From: Narcine bancroftii
Lineage: Eukaryota
Assembly: GCF_036971445.1 (NCBI RefSeq)
Contig: NC_091473.1
Coordinates: forward strand, 200,074,001-200,138,000
Reading direction: 5' to 3'
Length of the DNA: 64,000 bases
Under the pieces are notes generated by a model, which did not search any database, was not told the DNA's origin, and saw only the letters and a list, made by a program, of their open reading frames with translations. The first letter of the stretch is position 1. Each line of letters opens with the position of its first letter. Made by a program: the position numbers and the translations under genes. Positions 36,303-47,195 of the stretch are shown piece by piece.

Positions 36303-37713
36303 ATGAACCTGTTTCAGTGCTCCGTCTGTGGGAAAAACTTAAAACGGTTGACTGAGTTAACAAGACACCAGGGAGAGGCTGTTCACCTGTCCCGAGTGCA
36401 AGAAGGCCTTCACCAGGTTGTCCAGCCTTGAGACACACCGACAGGTCCATACCGGGAGAAGCCCTTCTCCTGCCCCAAGTGAGAAAAGAGTTCATCCAGA
36501 TCTCCAACCTGCAGAACCATCAGTGGGTCCACACTGGAGAAAAGCCATTTGCCTGCCCTGAGTGTGATAAGGGCTGCACCAGGTTGTCCAGCCCTGAAAC
36601 ACACCGATTGGTCCACACTGGGGAAAGGCCCTTCACCTGCCCCATGTACAGCAAAGAGTTCACCAACACCTCCAGTCTGCAGAAGCACCAGCGGATCCAA
36701 ACTGAGGAAAAGCTGTTCGCCTGCCCTGAATGCGAGAAGACCTTCACTAACCAGTCCAGCCTTGCAATACACCATCATGTCCACAGCAGTGAGAGGCCCT
36801 TCTCCTGCTCCGTGTGGCAAAGGCTTCAACACCTCCAGCCTGCAGAGGCACCAGCAGGGCCACACTGAGGAAAAACCATTCAACCTGCCTTGAGTGTGCC
36901 AAGGTCTTTGCCCAGTCCTCCAACTGAGGTTGCACCAGCAGGCCCACACTGGGAAAAAGCCATTCACCTGCTCTGAGTTCAGAAAGGGGTTTGCCCAGTC
37001 CTCCAACCTGCAGAGCCACGAGTGGGACGATACCAGGGAAAAGCCATTCACCTGCTCTGAGTGCAGAAAGGGGTTTGCCCAGTCCTCCAACCGGCAGAGG
37101 CACAAGTGGGACGATACCAGGGAAAAGCCATTTGCCTGCCCTGAGTGTGAGAAGGCCTTCACCTGGTTGTCCACCCTTGAGACACACCGACGGATGTACA
37201 AGGGGGAGATGCCCTTCGCCTGCTTTGAATGCGATGAGAGGTTCAGTGAGTCCAGCAAGTTGAGGAGATGCCAACAAGTTCACACTAGGAAGAGGCCTTT
37301 CACTTGCCCTCAGTGTGGGAAGGGGTTTATCCAGACTTATGAGCTGATGTCCCACCAGCAAGTCCACTCCAGGAAAGGCCATTCATCTGTCCCAAGTGTG
37401 GGAGGGGCTTTATCCAATCCTCTCAGCTGCTGACCCACCAGCAGGTACACTCTGGGAAGAGAGCATTCTTTAGCCCCGTGCAGAAAGGGGTTCACCCAGT
37501 CCTCCAACCTGCTGACACACCAGTGGGGTACATCGGGGAGAGGCCATGCACCTGCTCCGTGTAGGAAGAGCTTAACCCAGTCCTCCAACCTGCTGAGACC
37601 TGCTGACTCACCAGTGGGTCCACACCAGGAAGAGGCTGTTCACCTGCTCCGAGTGTGGGTAGGGCTTCACCCAGTCAGACAATCTGCTGAAACACCAGCG
37701 AGCTCACACACAA
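36303..37713 (+). pseudogene. C2H2 zinc-finger pseudogene (multiple frameshifts, lost Cys/His)
   Basis: Same acceptor-ATG start (CCCCACAG|CAATGAAC), degenerate fingers in shifting frames, and the same terminal finger as 13066-13905. Confidence 0.88.
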
Positions 37714-37747
37714 AGTTTTCAGAATGTGGAATATTGAAACTCACTCA

Positions 37748-38593
37748 GAGTTCCAGCTGGTGAGCACGTCGGGTCAGAGGCAGTCATATGGTGCTCCTGC
37801 CAACTTTCAAACATTTCTCGCTCGATCATCTTTCATCTTTAAACAAAGAGGATAAAACATCCCCTTCACTATTTAATGTCATTGCTTTTGGAGATGATGA
37901 CCACCAGAGGAGCTAAAGCAGCAAAAAATGGTAAAGAAGATATGGCCCCTCTGACTGCAGACTCTGTCCCAGACATGTTGAAAAAACAACCACGGGAGAT
38001 AACAAGAGAAACAATTGCAGAAGGTCAACGGGAGATTAATTCTAAGCCTGAGAAGGTTTTATGAGCGATTTCAGCAATTGAAGAGCATTTCGAAACAGTG
38101 TTTGAAGTCTGTTAATGACCATAGATAAATGAGAAACTCAATGTGTCAGCCTCCAACTCCAAGTTGGCCTGGAAGGTGGTTAATTTGGAGAGTAAGAGCA
38201 GATGCCAAATCATTCAGATCTTGCACTGAAAGGAAGACACTGAACAAAGGCCAGTTAACTGACTTCTCAAATCTACTCATGGAAGTGTTTGGAAGAGAGT
38301 GTTTTGCTAAGCCTGGTCTCTGGTTCCCAAGCAAACCTCGGAACATTGTTCATGTTCAGTAATTCTTCGTTTTCGTCATAACCAAGAAAAGGATCGTGTT
38401 ATTCATGAAGCTTATCCCATCAGAAATTTGAATGATCAGGTCAACAAATTACATTTGTGGAAGATTTTTCCATGAAGTTTTGTGGAGATGTGGAAAGATT
38501 ACAGAGGTTATGACTGAGCTGTGCAAGAAAAGACTTAGACCCACTTTGTTTGTATCCAGCTCGTCTGCGGGTCACCTTGGAAAACGGCCACAA
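37748..38593 (+). mobile_element. L1 5'UTR + ORF1 fragment paralogous to 13942-15370
   Basis: MTTRGAKAAKNGKEDMAPLTADS, located at the same position after the ZNF end. Confidence 0.85.
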
Positions 38594-39231
38594 AAGAAGC
38601 CTTCACTTGCCCGATTGCATCAAGGGCTTCTGCGAGCGATCAAACTTGCTGAACACTAGAAAATTCACAGCAGAGACAGGCCATTCATCTGCCAGAGTGC
38701 GGGAAGGACTTCACTCAGTTATCCCAGCTGCAGACCCACCAGATGGTCCACACCATCCCGTCAGGAAGAGCTTTATCCATTCGTATGAGCTGAGGCCCAC
38801 CAGCAGGTACACTCTGTGGAGAGGCCGTTCATCTGCCCCAATTGTGGTAGGAGCATTATCCAGTCCTCCCACCTGCTGAACCACCAGCAGGTCCACTCTG
38901 GGGAGAGGCTGTTCAACTGCTCTGACTGCAGGAAGGGTTTCACCTATCCCTCCCAGGTAGTAACTCACCAGCAGGTACACTCAAGGGAGAGGCCAATCAT
39001 TTGCCCCAATTGCGAAAAGGGGTTCTCCCAGTCCTCCAACCTGCTGACACACCAGTGGGGTACATCGGGGAGAGGCCATGCACCTGCTCCATGTAGGAAG
39101 AGCTTAACCCAATCCTCCTACCTGCTGAGACACCAGTGTGTCCATGCCAGGGAGAGGCCATTCATCTGCTCAGTGTATGAAACTTCACCCAGTTGAACAA
39201 CCTGGTGAAATACCAGTGAGTTCACACATAA
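38594..39231 (+). pseudogene. Second C2H2 zinc-finger pseudogene segment (3' part of an array)
   Basis: ERPFICPNCG...HQQVHSGERLFNCSDC with frameshifts, followed by the uninterrupted 3' flank unit. Confidence 0.85.
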
Positions 39232-40139
39232 AGTTTGCAGAGTGTGGAATATTTAAACATAACTCACTCAAACACCAGGAGGGTCTGGAGTCTTGTGATT
39301 ATTGAGGCAACAACTCAAAACGTGTCTGTTTAGTGGGAAAGTTTGTTTTGGACCAGTCCAGCTGGACATCCTGTCCACAGTCCAACAAATATGTCACAGT
39401 GAAAGGGTGTAAGTTCCAGGGAGAGATCAGTGGGTACAAGGCAAAAGCAGCATTACTTTACAAGGGTGAGGATCATTCAAGAGTCTGATAACATGGGGAA
39501 GGAACTGTCCTTGAATCTGATGGTGTGTGATCTCACACTGGGGAATCTTCTCCACGGGGAGGAAGGAAGAGGGAGTGTGTCTGGGGAGGGGTGAGTGTTT
39601 TAATATGCTGGTTGCTTTTCCAAGGCACCGGGAAGTGGAGGTGGAATGGATTCTCTCTGTCAATGTTAGTGACTTCAGTTAAATATTTTTAAAAGTTAAG
39701 AATGTAGCACGGTTGAAGGCTCTCCAGCCCATGAAACCTGTACTGGCCAATTAACCTACCAATCACGGGGGGAATACAGACTCCTTAAAGGCAGGACTGG
39801 ATTCGAACTTGGGTCATTGGTGCTGTAATAATGTTTTGTTACCATGCCACTCAATTACGGGAATTGAATTTTATTTCCTACATCTAAACTGAATAAAGCA
39901 GCTATGTTTGAAAACTGTGTCTCATCCCCTTGTATCTGTAATATACTCAATGTAGAGAACAAAGGCAAGCCCATTCAGTCCATCTGGTGTCATACTGGGA
40001 GCATCCTGGTGTCTCCCCTCCTGTCAGTGTTTCAGCTCCCCATCAGTCCCACCCTCCTCACCCTGCTGGGATTCTTTTCTGTTCCCTTCTCCTCTCTGTG
40101 TTCACTGAGCTTCCACTTCTAGACAGCTGCACTGTTCAC

Positions 40140-40650
40140 CTCAAGGTCAGAAACAGAAGCAGGAGTTGGCCACCCGGCCCCTTGAGCCTGCTCTGCCAGA
40201 CAATAAGATCATGGCTGATCTGGCCATGGACTGAACTCCACTTACCCACCCGTTTCTTATAATCCTTAATTCCCCAATCTGTTAAAAATCTATCCATCTG
40301 TGTCTTAAACACTTTCAATAAGGCAATCTCCACTGCTCAAGTTCAGGGGGAACTCAGGAGAACACAATCCAGTCCTCATCGAGGGCTCAGTCATGGAGAG
40401 GGTCAGGAACTTCAAATTCCTGGGTGCCAACATCTCTGAGGATCTGTCCTGGAGCCTCCATGTCGATGCCATCATGAAGAAGACTCACCAGTGGTGATTC
40501 TTTGTGAGGTGTTTGAGGAGATTAATTTTGTCACTGAAGAGTCTCGAACACTTCTACAGGTGAACTGTGGAGAGTGTTCTGGCTGGTTCATCACTGTCTG
40601 GTACAGAGATGCCAACACTCAGGACAAGAAAAAACTCCAGAGGGTTGTTG
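40140..40650. mobile_element. CR1 3' end (minus, 40140-40340) and Rex1-type RT fragment (plus, 40340-40650)
   Basis: FKTQMDRFL; VRNFKFLG..ISEDLSW and FYR.TVESVL motifs. Confidence 0.7.
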
Positions 40651-41124
40651 TTGCCTTTTAAAATATTTGTAGTGATTTTAATCAAGAGTTAATAAATAAT
40701 GAGATACAATGAGATGATGTGAATAGTTGCACATAATTAATAAAACAATCATCACATCAAAACCAAACATCAATTGTAAAACATTCAAAATTCACAATTC
40801 AGATCATATTTTTTAAACAAAGAGAAACTAATAAAAAAGGAAAGAAAAGATAGAAGGAAAAAAGTATGAAAAGAAACCAAACTAAACAGTGAAAACTCTG
40901 TCCCCTCCTTAATTGTGTTGCCATGTGCTGCATATGATTATTGTTAAAAGTAAAACGAAGGGAAAAATATATATGAAAAGACACAGGTCGGACAATTCGA
41001 TGACATTGGAGTGAAATTATAAAGTCAGAAAGTGAGTTGTAGTAAATGGGGATTTTGCACAATGCAAGAGAGTCATTGAGTTCAGGTGGCCAAAAGCTGG
41101 AAAAAATATTTGGGTATTCGTATG

Positions 41125-41984
41125 TGTTATGAGCCCAGAGGACCCCAATAGAAATTCACCAAGACAAATAGTTACTTAAACAAAAATAGTTTTAATTATC
41201 TTTAAATATGAAAACAGGATCAAACTTACTACTATTAAATTCACCTAACTTAACCCCCTTCTAATTCTAAGTGCACATGTAGGTAATGTGTGTACAAGTT
41301 CAGAAAAGTTCTTTAATTCACAGTTGAATCTCACTTCTCATTCCTCCAAGTTCAACAATATCAGGCAATTCTTATCACTGATCACAGAATTTAACAGTTA
41401 AGAATTTTCACCAGGCTTTGGTGCTTGGCAAGGTAAATGTTTACTACTCAGGAAGGTTCTTGTCGGTTTTCAGAGAGAGATTTGTTGCTCGTTGGACACA
41501 AACTGATACCTTCTGATCAGCCACTTCCGCGTCTTGCCAAAGAAACTTGCCCCATCGGGGTTTTTCCACAGAGCCTCCAGTCCCAGCTGGTGCTGATGAA
41601 TTGTAAAACTGTAGAACTGAATTCTCTCTCTCTCTCTCTCTCTCAGAAAAAAACACCTGAGCCACTAAAACAGCAAACTGCACTCAGACAGACTGCAGCA
41701 GTGGACCCAATCTTCTGAGTCTGTTCATCTGTTGCTTTCCGAAACAATAATCCATGACTCCACAGCATGTCCAATTAACATCTACTTGTGAACTTTCTAT
41801 AGGTATTCTTCAAAGTTTTTTTCAAAGGCACCTGGAGCCTGGACTGTCTGGCTTGAGCATTGCTCTGGTATTTTAAATGAGATCTGTTTTGAAGTGTTCG
41901 TATCTGTGTGTGACCTAACTAAAAACCCCACAATCTATCTTCCAAAAACATATCCATACCTAATATAAAACATAATCTGTCATG
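41125..41984 (-). mobile_element. Solo LTR, probably Gypsy
   Basis: TGTTA...TGTCA termini, ~860 bp non-coding, internal (CT)n. TSD not clearly resolved. Confidence 0.55.
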
Positions 41985-42231
41985 TGGAACCAGAGTTTTA
42001 AAACACATTTAGATTAAATTAATCACTATCATTAAAGAAAGTAAGAGATTTGGAAAGATAGAATATGTCACCTATCACTTTAATAGGTGGAGTAAATTGT
42101 GTTAAGATGAATGTTTTTCCTTGAATACTTTATCTTTTTCAATCGATTCCAATTGCAATTCCTCAAAAATTTGTTCAGGAATTAAATGCTTGTGTGAGGA
42201 ATTTTTTTATGGAAAGGAAAACTGGCCCTGG

Positions 42232-43085
42232 TGTAGCATTCACATTACGCGAGCATGGAGAAGAACGACACACACATCAAATCCTTGGATTTGAGACTGG
42301 TTTATTGGTCTAGTTGTCACACTTTTATGGGTCTCAGGTGCTGATATTAGGGCTCCGCCACATGGGAAGTTGCCGCGGGACCAGGGATCTTCCAGGCATT
42401 TGTCAGGGGCCAGGAATTCCCCTGGTATGATTAGGGGTGCACCCTAGACCACCTCTGCCACTGAGGCATTGAAGTCTCCCTTCGGTGTGGAGCGAATCCC
42501 CAGCAGGACTCAAGGCAGTTCTTCCACTCAGTTGGGACCCCTGAGCTGGGCATCAAGGCTGCCTTGAGATGCCTGTGAAACTGCTCCACCAACCCATTGG
42601 CCTGAGGTTGATATGCTGGGGTGTGTTGGAGCTGTGTTCCCAGGAAGTTAGCCAGCACTGCCCAGAAACAAATTGTGCCCCCCCCTACCTAAGGTTATTT
42701 GCTCTGGGACCCTGAATCTGAGCACCCATGTATTGATGAGTGTCCTGGCTCAGATTTCTGTGGTGGTATCAGCTAGCGGGACCATCTCAGGGCACCTTGT
42801 GGAGTGGTTAGCCATGGTCAAGAGGTATCTCGCCCCACAGGAAACTGTGGCTGAACTTGTGCCACACTGGTGTAAAGGACTGTGTGGTACCCCTTGTGTG
42901 AGTATGCACTTTGGAGGACTGGCAGTTCAGACAGGTTTTGGCCCACTGGCTGAGCTGGGCATGTGTGAGGAATCATGCATCCACGCAACTCCTGATTGGG
43001 CCCAGGCTGTCGGGCTGACTCTCCCGGCGGCCCGATCATGTCAGGCCTATGTGAGAGGTGATGTTGACCCGAAATTGGGGGCCCA
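42232..43085 (-). mobile_element. Gypsy integrase fragment with adjacent LTR piece
   Basis: HTPAYQPQANGLVEQFHRHLKAAL. TGTAGC start with a minus-strand AATAAA. Confidence 0.75.
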
Positions 43086-43099
43086 GGCTGAGATTCTGG

Positions 43100-45035
43100 T
43101 CTGGGAATCAGCAGAAGAAGAGGAAGTAGACAAACTAATGGAAGAACCTGAAGAGGAAACAGAAGCAATATTGAGAGCAGCCAAAATTCTTCACGGTCGG
43201 CCTCAAAAACTTAAAAAATTTCTAGAACTAAGTCTCCTACTCTGCATACTTTCCAAACAGTACAAGTGGAGGAGAAAACTATGAATAATATGGCTGTTCA
43301 AGTTACTCAGGGTTTTAAAGAAAGTAAGAAAGGAGGATTAGGCAGGATGTGGTTAAATGTTTGTGAGCAGAAGATGTGGTCCAGGATGAATTTAAAGATA
43401 TCAAATGGGTGTTTCGTGATTGTACGGATACAGTGGATCGGTATACTGGGCGAAAGGATTACTTGGAACACTGTCTTACAGATTGGAATGTTCAGAGCAT
43501 GAATTTTTGAAGAAGATTGACTTGTTGGAAAATCAAAGTAGTCATAACAATGTCAAAATAGTGGACTTGCCTGAAGATTTTGAAGGTACTGATCCAGTGA
43601 AGTTTTTTCAGAAATGGATAACAGAAGTGTTGGGAAAAGATGTTTTTCCAGAAGGAGTGGAATTGGACAGAGCACATAGGGCAATACGAAGAAAACCTTT
43701 CCCTGACCAGCCTCCATGAGCGGGTCTTATTCATTGTTTAAGGTACCAAGATCATGAGGTGATTTTGCAGCTCGCAGTTCAGAAAACTCGGCCCATGATG
43801 ATTCAAGGAAATAGGGTCTTTTTTTGCACAGATCTAAGTCAAGATGTGATACAATGATGGAAAGAGTTTAATCCAGCTTCGGTTGTGTTATGGAAGAAGG
43901 GTTTGCTGTGCTGAAGGTGTTTTATGGAAATTTTCAAGCCCCGTTTTTTGATGATGAAATTGAGGCTTTGTCTTTTGCTAATTCTTTGCCAAATAATTCA
44001 CATAGTTGCAGAAACAACCGAAATCGCAAGGTTCTCCAAAGCGAAATGGGAATGGGAACAGAAATGACAGGAAGAATGTTGAAGAGCAACATTCGACCCG
44101 GAGGGGAGATGATGATCAATCTGCTGATGTTGTTGGTGCTGTTGGTGTTCAGGATCAACTGGTTGGAGTTATGGATGTCGTAGATTGAATTATTAATGTA
44201 ATTTAAGGGATTTTTGATATACGTGAATGTCAGCTGGGGGGGGGGGGGTGGTGTAGATGGCGCTGCATCTTCTGAAGTCATCTGCCACTAGTGGTTTAGA
44301 CCACACCCAGTCTGTAGAGGGGGATACCCACCTAGGTGTTTTTTTTAAATATTTTTTAGTGGAGTTTAAGGGGGAGTATTTTTTAAAAAAGTTTATTTGT
44401 GTTTAGAAAAGGAGGAGGGGTTTTTTGGAGCTTAAAATTGTGTTTGGGTTGATTGTGTTGGGTACTCTTTGTTAAGATAAAATGAGTAAATTGAATTTTG
44501 CAACACGTAATGTTAAAGGGATGAATCGTCCGATAAAGAGGAAACGTGTGTTGGACTACATTAAGAAGATGAAGGTGGACATTGCTTTTTTGCAAGAGAC
44601 ACACCTGACGGAGAAAGAACATTTGAAACTGAAGCGAGATTGGGTTGGACATGTTTCGGCATCTTCTTTTAATTCTAAAGCTAGGGGAGTGGCAATTTTG
44701 ATACATAAAAAGGTGCCTTTTGTTTTAGAATCTTTTTCTGAGAATGCTGGAAGAAATTTGAAAGTTAATTGGATTTTATTGAATTTGTATGCACCAAATG
44801 AAGATGATGTACAAATTGTTAGATGCTTTTTTGCATTTGAATCAATCAGATGAGAATGTAATGGTAGGAGGGGATTTTAATTGTTATTTGGATCCACTGT
44901 TGGATAAATCTCCAAAAATTGTTAAGAAAACTAAGATGGCGAAAAGGGTAATTGAATTGAAGGAGGAGTTGAATCTAGTTGAAATATGGTGACGAATTCA
45001 TCCGACTGAGAAAAATTATTCTTTTTATTCTACTC
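43100..45035 (+). mobile_element. L1-clade LINE 5' half (ORF1, spacer, ORF2 endonuclease), degenerate
   Basis: LENQSSHNNVKIVDLPE...ELDRAHR; MSKLNFATRNVKGM...DIAFLQETHL; GGDFN. Confidence 0.88.
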
Positions 45036-45929
45036 ACCTGCAATAAGGTTTATCAATGATTTTTTTTTTGGATGGAATATTGGAAGAGTGAATTTATTAT
45101 CTGTGAGTATGCATACATTGCAAACAGATTTTAATAGTTTTGAAAAGTTTTTTTTAAACTAAACAACAAGATCAGTTTAATATTGAGAAAATTGGAAAAA
45201 ACGTAAACTTTATTATTAAATTTGGAAATTCAGTAGAAAGAAACTATGAACAAGATTGATGATTTATAAAATTAAAGTCGAAGGAGCAATGTCCAAGAAG
45301 AGTTAAAATTTTGAATAAATGTTCAAGAAAATTTTAAAAGATTTGAAAAAAACTTTTTTTTGAAAGTAAGCTACAAATTCAACTTGAGACTGAGAAGAAT
45401 GGAAGATTTGGTGTTGAACTGGGATGTTCAGAGGTGTTTTAATTCAGTGGATGAAATTCAGGAAGACTTGAAAAAAAAATTTAAAAAAAAACTTTTATTG
45501 ATTGTAAACAATGTTTAACTCAGTGTTGGGAGGGTGGAAAGGGTGCAAAATTTAATATCAAGTTTGGATTTTCAAAAAAAAGAGTTTATGAATAAGGTTG
45601 GTTAAATTGATGGACCGGGGTTTTATGGATATAAGAAATGATGATTTTTTTTTCGGTTTATACGTGTATTTTGTCTGCCGGGGGGGGGGGGGGGGGGTGG
45701 GGGAGGGAGTGGTACTTCTGCTCCCGAAAGTCATATGCCACTTGTGGTTTATACCACACCCATTTGGGTTTTTGGGAATTAACCACCACAAGGTGGTTTC
45801 CTAAGGGGCTAGGGGAGGTGGGGGGGGGGGGGGTGAAAATTAGAAAATTATTTAGTATCTATTATGTAATATTATACTAAGTCAATTTGAAATGAATGTA
45901 TGGAGATACTATAAATAAATTTCGAAAAA

Positions 45930-46300
45930 AAAAAAGTTGAATTTACCTTTATTGGATGAGAATGATACAAAATCATTGGATTTTGAACTTACAGAGGCAT
46001 TACAATCTATACTGCGTGGGAAATCACCCGGGGAGGACAGTTTTACCAGAGTTTCATAAAGAATTTTATGATTTGTTGATGCCGTTGTATATGGATGTAC
46101 TTAAACAAGCTACTGGTGCAGGTTTATTTCCCGAGTCATTTTCAAGAGCATTGATAACAGTTATAACAAAAAAAGACAGAGACCTATTAAAGATTGCGTC
46201 GTAAAGACCGATATCTTTATTGAATGTAGATTATAAAATTGTAGCAAAAGTTTTAGCAAATAGATTGGGTCATTTTTTTACCAAAATTGGTACATATGTT
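45930..46300 (+). mobile_element. L1-clade RT fragment
   Basis: GKSPG, ALITVI, PISLLNVDYKIVAKVLANRL. Confidence 0.8.
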
Positions 46301-46874
46301 TCAAACAGTGGGAGGAAATGGGAGGCCCCAGGGAAAACCCTACACAGACACGGGGAGAATATACAAGCTCCCGATCGCTGGTGCTATTCAGGCGTTGCAC
46401 TAACCGCTACACCATCCGTGCTGAGAAGTTGCCTCAATCAAGGCTGAAAGAGCCAAAAACTAAAAGATTCAACATTCTTGTGAATTGTGAGGAGGGGTGG
46501 AGTAGAGGGGGCTGAGGGAGGCAGGATCTTATGGAGATTTATAAAAGGTTGCCAGTCATCATCTTTTCCTCAGGATAGGGGTATCTAAAACTAAAGGGCA
46601 GAGATTTAAGGCAAGAAGGGAAAGATTTACAACAGTACCAAGGGGACAATTCAAATAATCCAACTAAAACCTAGGTCCAGCCCTCACTATTCAACAGACA
46701 ACATGTCAGATGTTCAAGGTCCAGGTCTTTTCTTTGATGTGCCATGTACATTAAGTTGGAGAGCAGTTACAGGGGTCGTTACGATCAGCTGAATGGGGAC
46801 AAGATGGTGGACACGGTCCACCCCTGGTTAGAATGACAGGGGTGTGGGGTCAGATCAGGTACAGAATCTGCCTC

Positions 46875-47195
46875 ACTTGTGGATCCGTTGGTGCTTCCAC
46901 ATGCCGCTGACTGGATGAAGCTCTTGCCGCAGTTGAAGGGCCTTTCCCTGGTGTGGACCCACTGGTGGATCAGGAAGTTGCATGACCTGGTGAACCCTTT
47001 GCTGCATTTGAGGCAGGTGGACGGCCTCTACCTGTTGTAGAACCACTGGTGCAGGTACAGGCTGGAGGTCAGGGTGAAGCTGTTGCCACACTCGGGACAG
47101 ATGAACGGCTTTTCACCGGTGTGGACCCGCAAGTGACTCAAGAGGTGGGAGGATCGGGCAAACTCCTTCCCACATTTGGGGCAGGTGAAGGGTCT
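46875..47195 (-). pseudogene. Decaying zinc fingers downstream of the premature stop
   Basis: In frame past the TAG: [40 protein letters not shown]..., then a second TAG. Confidence 0.8.
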
